Below are positions 1-7,583 of a stretch of DNA of 40,709 nt, one piece after another. Each line of letters starts with the position of its first letter. Positions within the stretch are counted from its first letter, which is position 1. This stretch comes from a virus (taxonomy: Duplodnaviria; Caudoviricetes). A program made the translations under genes and the position numbers. The stretch spans positions 1 through 40,709 of the IMG/VR virus record IMGVR_UViG_3300027887_000005; one strand, written 5' to 3'. Under the pieces are notes generated by a model. That model was not told the DNA's origin and did not search any database. It saw nothing but the letters and a program-made list of their open reading frames with translations.

Positions 1-99
1 GGTTCTCCGGTATGATTAGAAACAATGGAATCTAAAATATCTTTTTCTTCAAGACTTATTTCCAACTTAAACCAAATGGTGGCCTGATCGGAAAAATAA
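1..99. repeat. 99-bp terminal direct repeat, left copy (circular assembly overlap)
   Basis: Bases 1-99 are identical to 40611-40709, and an ORF reads through the junction. Confidence 0.97.
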
Positions 100-197
100 T
101 CAATATGGTCTAATGCAATGGTTATAGCACTTGATCTTATTTCTTGAGTTAAACGGTTTATATCTAGTGGTGATTTTGTATAAATATAATTGATCAT
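1..197 (-). CDS. N-terminal part of a 279-aa hypothetical (virion-like) protein spanning the circular junction, continuing 40610 to 39968
   Basis: ATG at 197 overlaps the TGA of the upstream gene (ATGA). It reads MINYIYTKSPLDINRLTQEIRSSAITIALDHIDYFSDQATIWFK-LEISLEEKD, in frame with the 39968..40675 ORF. Confidence 0.85.
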   Translation of the reverse strand, partial: MINYIYTKSPLDINRLTQEIRSSAITIALDHIDYFSDQATIWFKLEISLEEKDILDSIVSNHTGE

Positions 198-1021
198 GTT
201 CCTAGCCTTATCAAAAGTAATGACCTTTGATTGATAGTAATATTATTTGCGTTTTGACTATTAACCCTAACGTCGCAGGCCTGTGATCCGTTAAACTGAA
301 CGATGGCCAGGGTGATTAGCTGTGTTCTAAAATTAGAACTTGACCCCTGCACGTTCCGCCGGGAGTCTGTCACCGCAGAGCCGCCACTGAAAATAACAAA
401 TTGCAAGATATTATTGTTTGTGGTGATGGTAGCGTCAGCAGAAAACCACACACCATAGGTCCCCGCCTGGGGGGTTAACGTGAAACCTGTAATTATCGTA
501 TCGCTCGCCGACGAAGTAGAAAATGGTGCCGTTGAGGTTAAATTATAATTTATAACGCCAGAGGCGACCGATGAAAGTAAGATTTGCCAATATAACCAAA
601 CACCATTACTGGTTGAATTATTTTCGAGATAGATATGAATGACTGAATTCTGGGCAAGGGTTGCCAAAATCGTTCCGCCGAAGTTCTTAATGGTGATTGT
701 ATCATTAGTGGTGTTATAAATATCATACCAAAGGCCCTGGGTTATGGTGGTAGCGTTTGGTAATATGACTGTGTAACCCGTGGCCGAACCATTTAACACG
801 ACAATAGAGTTGTTATTGACACCTAGGTTTAGGGTCCCATTTAAAGAGATGGTAAAAATATCTGAATAGATGGCATTGCGATGAGAGATGCTTATATCTC
901 TTACTTCCCACAGTTTAGTAGTGGGGTTCCATCCAAACATGTTGCCATTATCAGTGGGAAGTATTCCGGGGGCATCGGGAGACCAGGAAATTGCATCGGC
1001 AACCGATTGAACTTTTTTCAC
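194..1021 (-). CDS. Putative tail fibre/receptor-binding-like virion protein
   Basis: N/T/S-rich beta protein. Its VILPNATT..G..Y.I.N motif resembles ITLPDPTTCEGKLYILK in 12400-13368. Probable GTG start at 1021 overlaps the upstream stop (GTGA); the ORF track extends to 1099. Confidence 0.6.
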   Translation of the reverse strand: MKKVQSVADAISWSPDAPGILPTDNGNMFGWNPTTKLWEVRDISISHRNAIYSDIFTISLNGTLNLGVNNNSIVVLNGSATGYTVILPNATTITQGLWYDIYNTTNDTITIKNFGGTILATLAQNSVIHIYLENNSTSNGVWLYWQILLSSVASGVINYNLTSTAPFSTSSASDTIITGFTLTPQAGTYGVWFSADATITTNNNILQFVIFSGGSAVTDSRRNVQGSSSNFRTQLITLAIVQFNGSQACDVRVNSQNANNITINQRSLLLIRLGT

Positions 1022-1350
1022 GCTCGCTCCGTCACTCTTACGTCTTGGCCTGCGGTGTTTGAAATTAAAAAGATGGTTGTCCCAGAACCACAATTCCATT
1101 CGTAGAGGGAATTTTTAAAAAGCCTTGTCCCGGTACTTATGGTAACAGCATTAGTGTGACCCCAATAGACGTCGCCATTGGTGGTTATGAAGGCGGTTAC
1201 GGCCTTTCGATCAACTACTGATAATTTTAATTCCACAGCACTAGTACCGACCACTAGAACGCCTTGCTGTCCACCATGATTTGACAAGTCATGGACAATT
1301 GCTTCATCAAAGGAGTCAGTTACATTGCTATCACTTAGGTCCGGGCACAT
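1018..1350 (-). CDS. Small beta-sandwich putative virion protein
   Basis: 110 aa; RKAVTAFITTNGDVYWGHTNAVTISTG resembles the C-terminal domain of 1539-2156. Confidence 0.6.
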   Translation of the reverse strand: MCPDLSDSNVTDSFDEAIVHDLSNHGGQQGVLVVGTSAVELKLSVVDRKAVTAFITTNGDVYWGHTNAVTISTGTRLFKNSLYEWNCGSGTTIFLISNTAGQDVRVTERA

Positions 1351-1489
1351 TTTCTTTTTCCATTTCTAAAATCATTTGGGCAAAGGCCTGAATGGTTTGA
1401 GTCATCTGCACCATTTCCGGTGCCAAAATTTCAAATTTGGCCCTATTTAAAATGGCCAGAATTTCTCTCATCAATTTTGCTCTTTCCAT
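1331..1489 (-). CDS. Small helical hypothetical protein (52 aa, not in ORF track)
   Basis: GGAG RBS, then MERAKLMREILAILNRAKFEILAPEMVQMTQTIQAFAQMILEMEKENVPGPK*. Fills the gap between the terminator and the next gene. Confidence 0.7.
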   Translation of the reverse strand: MERAKLMREILAILNRAKFEILAPEMVQMTQTIQAFAQMILEMEKENVPGPK

Positions 1490-1501
1490 TTATAACTCCG
1501 T

Positions 1502-1530
1502 AAAAGAGGGAGAGGGTTTCCCCTCTCCCG
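1502..1530 (-). terminator. Rho-independent terminator
   Basis: Minus strand GGGAGAGGG-GAAA-CCCTCTCCC followed by TCTTTT, just after the 1539-2156 stop. Confidence 0.8.
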
Positions 1531-1538
1531 TTAAAATC

Positions 1539-2156
1539 TTAACTCCATTCCAAAACGTGTAAAGTAGAGGTCTTTCCAGAAGCACAAATTCCGTAAAGAA
1601 TAGCAGTAGGCCCACATTCAATTGATTCTGTCCCACCTTTGCTAATTTTAAGTCCATCTCCAGTTGTCACAACAGAACCACCAACATAAACATCTTCATT
1701 TCCAAGATTTTGGACTTGAATACGTTTACGAGCTGCCAGAGCGGTGGCCGGGATGGGGGCGGCAACGTCAGCCATCGACGTAGCAGTAGACTTAAAGGCT
1801 ACGTTGGGAAGTGGATTGTCTGTGGTTACTGCACCACTGATAACCCATGGGCTTGTAGTTTGTGAACAGGTGACGGCACCACTAATAACCCACGGAGAAG
1901 TAGTTTGAGAGCAGGTAACGGCACCGGAAATTACCCACGGGTCTGTCCCTTGAAATACGGTTACCTCATCATCCTGAGTAAGGTCAATGGCAATTGGATT
2001 GATGACGTTAACATAAAGACCATAGGGGCCTGTACCTCCATATTGTGCGTCGTCAATGACTCTCCCTGAAGCAGATACTACATAACTTCCAACTTTAGGC
2101 CCGTCAGCAATATTGTTCGGGTCAAAGAGAAGTCTTTCCAAGCTGAGATTAGACAT
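1539..2156 (-). CDS. Putative virion structural protein with internal 15-aa repeats
   Basis: AGGAGG RBS; PWVISGAVTCSQTTS repeats; C-terminal RKRIQVQNLGNEDVYVG beta domain; followed by a terminator. Confidence 0.65.
   Translation of the reverse strand: MSNLSLERLLFDPNNIADGPKVGSYVVSASGRVIDDAQYGGTGPYGLYVNVINPIAIDLTQDDEVTVFQGTDPWVISGAVTCSQTTSPWVISGAVTCSQTTSPWVISGAVTTDNPLPNVAFKSTATSMADVAAPIPATALAARKRIQVQNLGNEDVYVGGSVVTTGDGLKISKGGTESIECGPTAILYGICASGKTSTLHVLEWS
1831..1940. repeat. 45-bp tandem repeat, about 2.5 copies
   Basis: Units start at 1831, 1876 and 1921 (gcacc...accca.gg) and differ mainly at synonymous positions. Confidence 0.9.
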
Positions 2157-2171
2157 AAGATTTCCTCCTAT

Positions 2172-2573
2172 TTAAAATAACTCCACTATTTCGACCGTGG
2201 AGATGGCACTCGCCTCTACATAGAGAGTCGCTCCCGATAAATCTAAATTATCTAACGTAAAGGTTGTGCCAGAGGGGATTAAAATAAAATCTCCACCGCT
2301 AGTAAATTTGACCTTAGTTTGAACATAGTTTCTGTTTTTAACCATTAGTTGCTTTAGATTTGTCTGAAGTACATGTGCCTCTTCGGTATTTGCTATTAGA
2401 ATATTAAGGGCGGTTATGTTTATGTTTTTAGAACCCTCAATCTTTGCGGTAACTGTTAATGGAGGCATAACCTCAACATCAACGGCCAGGCGGGTGAGGG
2501 TATCCAGGCCTGCGGTTACTTCTCTAGTGGCCCTGCGAAGGCCTTCAATTCCATGGTGAGGGAAGGTTGCCAT
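2172..2573 (-). CDS. Hypothetical beta-rich putative virion protein
   Basis: 133 aa, GAGG RBS; C-terminal beta pattern similar to neighbouring genes. Confidence 0.55.
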   Translation of the reverse strand: MATFPHHGIEGLRRATREVTAGLDTLTRLAVDVEVMPPLTVTAKIEGSKNINITALNILIANTEEAHVLQTNLKQLMVKNRNYVQTKVKFTSGGDFILIPSGTTFTLDNLDLSGATLYVEASAISTVEIVELF

Positions 2574-2612
2574 ACTGACCTCATTTAAAATAATATATCG
2601 GTCAATTTAATG

Positions 2613-2852
2613 CTATCCGAGATTCGTTCTCGTTGCAATCTTACTTCTCGGCACAATTCCCAAGGCATTGCAGAACTCTATTTCTGACCATTTCGGGACT
2701 GGTTTATTGAGATGACAATCCAAGCAGATAGTGACAATATTTTTTTGGTCGTGGATAAGATTGCCGTATAGTTTTACGGCCCATTTAGATTGTGAAAATA
2801 GGTGATGTAATGATAATTTTTCTTGAGAACCACAAAGCAAACATACTTCCAT
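2613..2852 (-). CDS. Small HNH endonuclease
   Basis: MEVCLLCG...LHHL...NIVTICLDCH gives the CxxC-HH-N-CxxCH pattern. Start moved to the ATG at 2852. Confidence 0.8.
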   Translation of the reverse strand: MEVCLLCGSQEKLSLHHLFSQSKWAVKLYGNLIHDQKNIVTICLDCHLNKPVPKWSEIEFCNALGIVPRSKIATRTNLG

Positions 2853-2907
2853 GAGAAAATTAAAGCTTAAACGGCCGACAAATTCAATCAGGAATAATAT
2901 CCGTACC

Positions 2908-2937
2908 TTGACACGGATACCCAAAAAGTCTGACAAT
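2908..2937 (+). promoter_or_regulatory. Putative sigma70 promoter for the VRR-NUC gene
   Basis: TTGACA-18 nt-GACAAT, with an ATG 6 nt downstream. Confidence 0.45.
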
Positions 2938-2943
2938 AAGACT

Positions 2944-3297
2944 ATGAGCATTAACATGCTCGAAAAGGACATTCAAGCAGAACTAATCAAAATATTGAGG
3001 CGGGCAGGATTTTTCGTGATACGCCACACGCCTGTCAGAATAACGGGCAATGGGTTTTTTACTAAGGTGCCAGAATGGGAGTTAGGCGTCCCGGATGTTT
3101 TGGCCTTAAGAAATGGTATTTTTTACGGTTTTGAAGTTAAGCAATTGAAGGGCAAATTGTCTGAACATCAAGTAAGACGGGCAGAAGAGATAATGGGTAA
3201 TGGTGGAAAATATATTGTTATTAGAAGCGTGGATGAGGCCTTTAGGGTTATTCAGGAAATTTGTGGCCAGCTAGAATTATTTCCCAGGTCTATTTAG
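2944..3297 (+). CDS. VRR-NUC domain nuclease (PD-(D/E)XK, resolvase-like)
   Basis: EKDIQ...GVPDV...FEVKQLKGKLSEHQ...G..YIVIRSVDE is the typical VRR-NUC pattern. Start is 2944 or 2956. Confidence 0.88.
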   Translation: MSINMLEKDIQAELIKILRRAGFFVIRHTPVRITGNGFFTKVPEWELGVPDVLALRNGIFYGFEVKQLKGKLSEHQVRRAEEIMGNGGKYIVIRSVDEAFRVIQEICGQLELFPRSI

Positions 3298-3676
3298 GAA
3301 AATTCATATCTCGAAGAATATAGAGTGTGACAACGGCAAGCTCACAAAGGCAAGACCTAAAATCAACGTCCTCATTATCTACGCAATCCTTAGAAAAATA
3401 CCAGAACTCATGATGATCAATTATCGAATAAGGCGTAATGGTGAATAATTTATAACCATAGAGGCCTACAGAGTCGTCAGAGGGTTCTTTTATCTCTACG
3501 TGCATCGGTCTAGTCTCTGGGTTGCCATCAAAAGTATCTACAACTTCCTCCTCGTCGTAGAATGTGACCGATATGTCTCCCAAGATCATGGCCCTATTAG
3601 GCCCTACGATGCGGAAATCAGCAAGAGAACTAAATTTGTGAACCTTGTTAAGTTCAACTAATTTGTCAATGAACAT
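3290..3676 (-). CDS. Hypothetical acidic protein
   Basis: GGAGG RBS before MFIDK; last gene of the accessory operon. Confidence 0.7.
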   Translation of the reverse strand: MFIDKLVELNKVHKFSSLADFRIVGPNRAMILGDISVTFYDEEEVVDTFDGNPETRPMHVEIKEPSDDSVGLYGYKLFTITPYSIIDHHEFWYFSKDCVDNEDVDFRSCLCELAVVTLYILRDMNFPK

Positions 3677-3677
3677 A

Positions 3678-4106
3678 CTACCTCCCAAAGGTTATACGCT
3701 TGGAAACTGCTTTACCTAAGGCCTCTCTATTTTCCCAAGACATTTTATCTAAAATTTCATAAAATTCAGGTCTGATATATTTGTCAATGGTCTTATCGAA
3801 TGTTTTTTTCTTTAAAATTTTAAGTTTCCTTCTTTCTTGGGCCGCCTTCTGCTCTAGGCTCCAAAGGTCGATTTTTTTCTCATCTTTAATAACGCCCAGA
3901 CTTGGACATTTAGTCGGCAAAAACATGTCCTTCCGCTTAATCGTAACTCCATAAATATGACCAATAATACAATATCGTCTCGATTTAATTGCCCATAAGT
4001 GCTGACCTGGAGCTTTTTTTCTATCCCTCAATTCAATAAAAGCATCACTTAAAACGTCATTGCTATCTAGTCGCTGGCCGATGTAGATTAATTTAAGGGT
4101 GCTCAT
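3678..4106 (-). CDS. Hypothetical basic protein
   Basis: AAGGAG RBS before MSTLK; tightly packed in the operon. Confidence 0.7.
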   Translation of the reverse strand: MSTLKLIYIGQRLDSNDVLSDAFIELRDRKKAPGQHLWAIKSRRYCIIGHIYGVTIKRKDMFLPTKCPSLGVIKDEKKIDLWSLEQKAAQERRKLKILKKKTFDKTIDKYIRPEFYEILDKMSWENREALGKAVSKRITFGR

Positions 4107-4381
4107 TTTCTCTCCTTTTTTATTTTTTCGGTTAAACAATTAATCAAATCATTTAACAGGGGTTCTGCCTTAACAAGACATGAGCTTATTTTGATAATAA
4201 TTGCCTGCGGTTCATTATAGCGACTATGGATATATAGTGCCTCAATGAGTCGACTAAGGCCCATTACGATATCTAGGGCACTAAGGGCATAGCGTTTATC
4301 GTTACACAGACTTGTAACGTCGCTTGAAAGAAATTCTCCCGGTGGCGTTTCGGTGTTATAGAAATCTTTTTTCTTTTTCAC
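4103..4381 (-). CDS. Hypothetical protein
   Basis: Probable GTG start at 4381 after AAGGGG; ATGA-coupled to the next gene. Confidence 0.6.
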   Translation of the reverse strand: MKKKKDFYNTETPPGEFLSSDVTSLCNDKRYALSALDIVMGLSRLIEALYIHSRYNEPQAIIIKISSCLVKAEPLLNDLINCLTEKIKKERK

Positions 4382-4382
4382 T

Positions 4383-4604
4383 TTATTTCCCCTTGTAATA
4401 TTTATTTTCTTTTTCAATTATGTATCCGTCCTGAACTTCCCGATCTAACCAATCGTTAAATTTGCAGCGATAGGTGGTCGGGTCTATTTCTTTAAAGGCG
4501 TGACTGGTTGCCCATTTGTATCCGGCAATGTCTACCTCTCCATAGACCTCATCTAACCATTCGTTGTAAATTTCTTCTAGCTCTTCATCTGTTAATTCAT
4601 TCAT
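4383..4604 (-). CDS. Small acidic phage protein
   Basis: 73 aa, D/E-rich; carries the E.DP..YRC.FNDWLD motif that I recall from many phage hypothetical proteins. Confidence 0.75.
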   Translation of the reverse strand: MNELTDEELEEIYNEWLDEVYGEVDIAGYKWATSHAFKEIDPTTYRCKFNDWLDREVQDGYIIEKENKYYKGK

Positions 4605-4864
4605 TCGACCCCCACAATTTTTACTCGTCCATACATCATAAGCTGCTCAATTCCATAAACCGCCTCTTTATTACATTCCTCGCACTCATATTTTTCTGCA
4701 TCTGGTTCAACTCCACCGAATTGGATTGCTCCGCATTTTACGCAGCATCCCCAATACTCATCACAAGCTAGACGGTATTCTGCCTCGGTGCCCTCAAGAT
4801 GAGAAAATATCTCCACCTTGGTTGAGTCTGATTTCCTTATTGCATTTTTCATCATTGAAATCAT
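4601..4864 (-). CDS. Zn-ribbon phage protein
   Basis: CVKCG...VEPDA..YECEEC...VYG contains two CxxC pairs; AAGGGGG RBS. Confidence 0.78.
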   Translation of the reverse strand: MISMMKNAIRKSDSTKVEIFSHLEGTEAEYRLACDEYWGCCVKCGAIQFGGVEPDAEKYECEECNKEAVYGIEQLMMYGRVKIVGVE

Positions 4865-4875
4865 AAGACCCCCTT

Positions 4876-5307
4876 TTAATGCTCTTCTGGCATGTATATG
4901 ACAAAACATCCGTCGCTAAATGACGCCCAAACCTGGACTGGTTGTTTAAGGTCTGAATAGTCTAGAATTTCCCCACCACAATCAACCCAATTACCTTCCT
5001 CTATAATTACCTCTAAGGATTTATTTTCTCTTGGGTGAAATCTAAAGACGAATAGGTTGCTATCTTTTTCCTTATATATCTTTAAGCAGGTCGAAACGTG
5101 GGAATTTACATAATCTATAATCCAAAATGCCTCCATCTCAGCGGCCATTTCCTTAACCCCATCGGTATGCACCATTAAAAATGGTTCATCCTTGGAGAAA
5201 AAGGGAATAGATATTTTTCCGGTGGCATAATAATTCTCGGTGCCAATGGAACCCGATCTAAAATAGGAAACTTCCTCGTATGGGTCACTTTCAATAATAT
5301 CGCTCAT
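4876..5307 (-). CDS. DUF6876-like protein
   Basis: HTDGVKEMA...AFWIID, YSD and the C-terminal MPEEH resemble DUF6876 as recalled; GGAGG RBS. Confidence 0.7.
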   Translation of the reverse strand: MSDIIESDPYEEVSYFRSGSIGTENYYATGKISIPFFSKDEPFLMVHTDGVKEMAAEMEAFWIIDYVNSHVSTCLKIYKEKDSNLFVFRFHPRENKSLEVIIEEGNWVDCGGEILDYSDLKQPVQVWASFSDGCFVIYMPEEH

Positions 5308-5317
5308 AAAACCTCCG

Positions 5318-5497
5318 TTAGTCTTTTAATAAAATCCACTCTAAAAGCTCTATTTTGGCAGTTAGACCTAGGTGAATATCCTCTAGTTGTTTTTTAAAAT
5401 GGTCTTGCCACTTGGTTTCCATTAAAACCCTGAAGATTTTCTCTCTTTGATCGTCTAGCCTTTTCATTTCGGAGCGCAGGTAAGACTCTTTTTTCAT
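5318..5497 (-). CDS. Small coiled-coil hypothetical protein
   Basis: GGAGG RBS before MKKES; first gene after an AT-rich promoter region. Confidence 0.7.
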   Translation of the reverse strand: MKKESYLRSEMKRLDDQREKIFRVLMETKWQDHFKKQLEDIHLGLTAKIELLEWILLKD

Positions 5498-5519
5498 AAA
5501 ATTCCTCCAATTCATATAA

Positions 5520-5600
5520 GATTGCCATTATATAACATGGGGGGTTATTATAAACATTGTGTATAAAATTTATATAGGGATAAGTATATAATATTATAAA
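5520..5600. promoter_or_regulatory. AT-rich divergent promoter region
   Basis: TATAAT boxes on both strands; near-palindrome TATATAATATTATAAA at 5585-5600. Confidence 0.55.
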
Positions 5601-5767
5601 TGAAATCACTATTTAATGCTATAGATGCGACCCCTTGGGTGTTTTATGATAGGCGAGAAAACGCCATCCTTATACTCCTGGCCCAAATAGATAATGAATG
5701 GATAATTGAAAGTGAGGCCAGATATGCCCCTATTGAGTCAGATTTGGTATTCCTGGGGTGTCTTTGA
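5600..5767 (+). CDS. Small hypothetical protein (55 aa, not in ORF track)
   Basis: MKSLFNAIDATPWVFYDRRENAILILLAQIDNEWIIESEARYAPIESDLVFLGCL*. The ATG is 7 nt after TATAAT and there is no SD. Confidence 0.5.
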   Translation: MKSLFNAIDATPWVFYDRRENAILILLAQIDNEWIIESEARYAPIESDLVFLGCL

Positions 5768-5951
5768 TGCCAAAGGATTTGTGGTATGCCTCTGACCTGA
5801 TTTTGAATATAATGTCCTCGTGAAGGCCCTTATTGAGCTTTAAAACTTCTGCCCTACGACGTTCTTCAATCGGGTCTCTTCCCTTTGCATTTTCTAATTC
5901 CACAATGCGGGATGTTATAGTTTCTAAGAGTATTTTTAATTGTCCTTGCAC
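5730..5951 (-). CDS. Hypothetical protein
   Basis: 73-aa helical ORF coupled to the end of the lysis cassette. Confidence 0.55.
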   Translation of the reverse strand: MQGQLKILLETITSRIVELENAKGRDPIEERRRAEVLKLNKGLHEDIIFKIRSEAYHKSFGIKDTPGIPNLTQ

Positions 5952-6250
5952 ATCCGCTCTACGCTATTTATGTAGTTTAATAACAATGCTAAATCATCGT
6001 TATATAAACATACTAAATGGCCTCTCTTAATGTCGTCAAGACAAACTCCATCTTTATTACAAAATTTACCAGACATTTCAGTGTAGAGTGTGGGCCTAAT
6101 ATAAGGCCGGGATATAGCACAAGAGGTGAAGAGGTATATTATGACGCCTACCCCGGCCATAAGCCAAAAGAGACTCCCAAGGATTTCTAGCAGTTCACCC
6201 CTGGGGAAGATTTTTCTCGTATTCTGCAAGGGCCTTTTTATGATCTTCAT
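5936..6250 (-). CDS. Lipoprotein, o-spanin (Rz1)-like
   Basis: Hydrophobic stretch ending FTS-C (lipobox-like), additional Cys residues, overlapping the upstream gene in the lysis cassette. Start uncertain. Confidence 0.55.
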   Translation of the reverse strand: MKIIKRPLQNTRKIFPRGELLEILGSLFWLMAGVGVIIYLFTSCAISRPYIRPTLYTEMSGKFCNKDGVCLDDIKRGHLVCLYNDDLALLLNYINSVERMCKDN

Positions 6251-6389
6251 CTGACTTAGCACCCTCCATGGCGGCACGGGCAGTTTCCACTGATCGCTCA
6301 TCTCTTTCCTTTTTCCACAGTCTCCATGCCTCTAAACCATATTTTAATAATGAAACAATACCTGAAATGATCTGCGCAAACAGCTTCAT
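6195..6389 (-). CDS. Short i-spanin (Rz)-like protein
   Basis: Hydrophobic/amphipathic N-terminus and charged helical C-terminus; overlaps the lipoprotein gene. Confidence 0.45.
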   Translation of the reverse strand: MKLFAQIISGIVSLLKYGLEAWRLWKKERDERSVETARAAMEGAKSDEDHKKALAEYEKNLPQG

Positions 6390-6670
6390 TTTTTCTCTTC
6401 AACTTTAGGAACCGCAGGCAACGCTACACTTCCTTCGGCCTTAATTTTGATCGAAAAAAGATAGTCCAATACCCATAAAAAAGATTTATAGTATTTGGAC
6501 GCTTCTACCTTGGCCAGCAACTCATCATCTTTTTTAGATTCCGAGTTATCTACATAAGCATGAATGGCAGTAAAAAGTGGTTTCATCACCAAACGCAGAC
6601 CCATAAGAAAGGCCAAAATGCTTACTAATAAAGGATACTTTTGAACATAAAATAAAATTAATTCTTCCAT
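6386..6670 (-). CDS. Holin-like membrane protein
   Basis: N-terminal TM segment, a second amphipathic helix and a charged C-terminus; directly after the endolysin. Confidence 0.6.
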   Translation of the reverse strand: MEELILFYVQKYPLLVSILAFLMGLRLVMKPLFTAIHAYVDNSESKKDDELLAKVEASKYYKSFLWVLDYLFSIKIKAEGSVALPAVPKVEEKK

Positions 6671-6689
6671 TGCTACCTCCTGTAGAATA

Positions 6690-7118
6690 CTAATCGACTA
6701 GTTTTAAAATTCCTTTAGAAACTAAATTTTTCCAATCTTTGACTTCAACATGCGGCCAGTCAGTATAAATATTTCCATTGCGAAAATAACTTATAGGCCA
6801 GCGTAAATAGTCAGGTACTTTTCCTGATAATTTTTCTTTGTATAAAGTTTTGTCAGAAACATAGATACCATTGACCAAAAACCATACATCCATTGCCGCA
6901 TTGTAGTTATGGGGAGAGGCACCATATAAGGCCGCACTCTTGCCTTTGCGATAAAAGTCATTTTGTTCAAAGGCCCCTCGGCCTAAACAGCTTGTATGGA
7001 TTTCTGGGAAATTACTTTGAATATCCAAAAACCATTTCACTAAGGATATATGTGGGTTTGGATAAAGATAGATCAAGCTATGACAACGCTCGCACCGGCC
7101 GTTGTTCTCATGCTTCAT
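6690..7118 (-). CDS. Endolysin, M15-family (L-Ala-D-Glu-type) peptidase
   Basis: R...EQ, SPHNYNAAMD (SxHxxxxAxD) and DWPHVE (DxxH) zinc motifs; GGAGG RBS before MKHEN. Confidence 0.88.
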   Translation of the reverse strand: MKHENNGRCERCHSLIYLYPNPHISLVKWFLDIQSNFPEIHTSCLGRGAFEQNDFYRKGKSAALYGASPHNYNAAMDVWFLVNGIYVSDKTLYKEKLSGKVPDYLRWPISYFRNGNIYTDWPHVEVKDWKNLVSKGILKLVD

Positions 7119-7172
7119 AATGCGCCCTCCATGGCACCGTGGCAATTCCGTTTGCTCCCTCAGTCTATCACG

Positions 7173-7583
7173 TTATCCTTCGGTCTTGAACATCCAGGCA
7201 TCGCTGTCAGAAAATTTCATACCCGACTGTTCGCATTTAGTTCTTAAAATGCTTATCCAATTAGACAATAAATGAGTTCTTTCCCTAAGTTTTAATGTCC
7301 AATCTTTTTGCTCATCAATAATTCTCCAGGCCGCCTCTAATGAAGATTTCATTTTGTAGTACTCTTGATGCATTTCTCTTAGTAATTGAGTCGATTGACT
7401 AATGGTTTCAATATCCTTTTTCATGAGCGCAAAGGATAAATTAAGTTGACCTATTTGATCGCTTGCATTTTTTACAAATTCATCGTGGCGTTTGATCTCT
7501 CTGGACATTAAGCCTCTAATTAGAAACCCAACTATTCCAGAACCAAAAACAGCGGCAATTGCGCTTATTATTAGGTCGCTCAT
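7173..7583 (-). CDS. Membrane-anchored coiled-coil protein (lysis-associated)
   Basis: Single N-terminal TM helix followed by a long coiled coil; upstream of the endolysin. Confidence 0.6.
   Translation of the reverse strand: MSDLIISAIAAVFGSGIVGFLIRGLMSREIKRHDEFVKNASDQIGQLNLSFALMKKDIETISQSTQLLREMHQEYYKMKSSLEAAWRIIDEQKDWTLKLRERTHLLSNWISILRTKCEQSGMKFSDSDAWMFKTEG

Noticed and set aside
1-99. Biological terminal repeat
   Set aside because: The 99-bp length matches a common assembler k-mer and it falls mid-gene, so it is most likely an assembly overlap.
2850-2853. Divergent ORFs sharing one CATG
   Set aside because: The VRR-NUC domain begins about 100 bp downstream and a promoter-like sequence lies between, so the + ATG at 2851 is probably not used.
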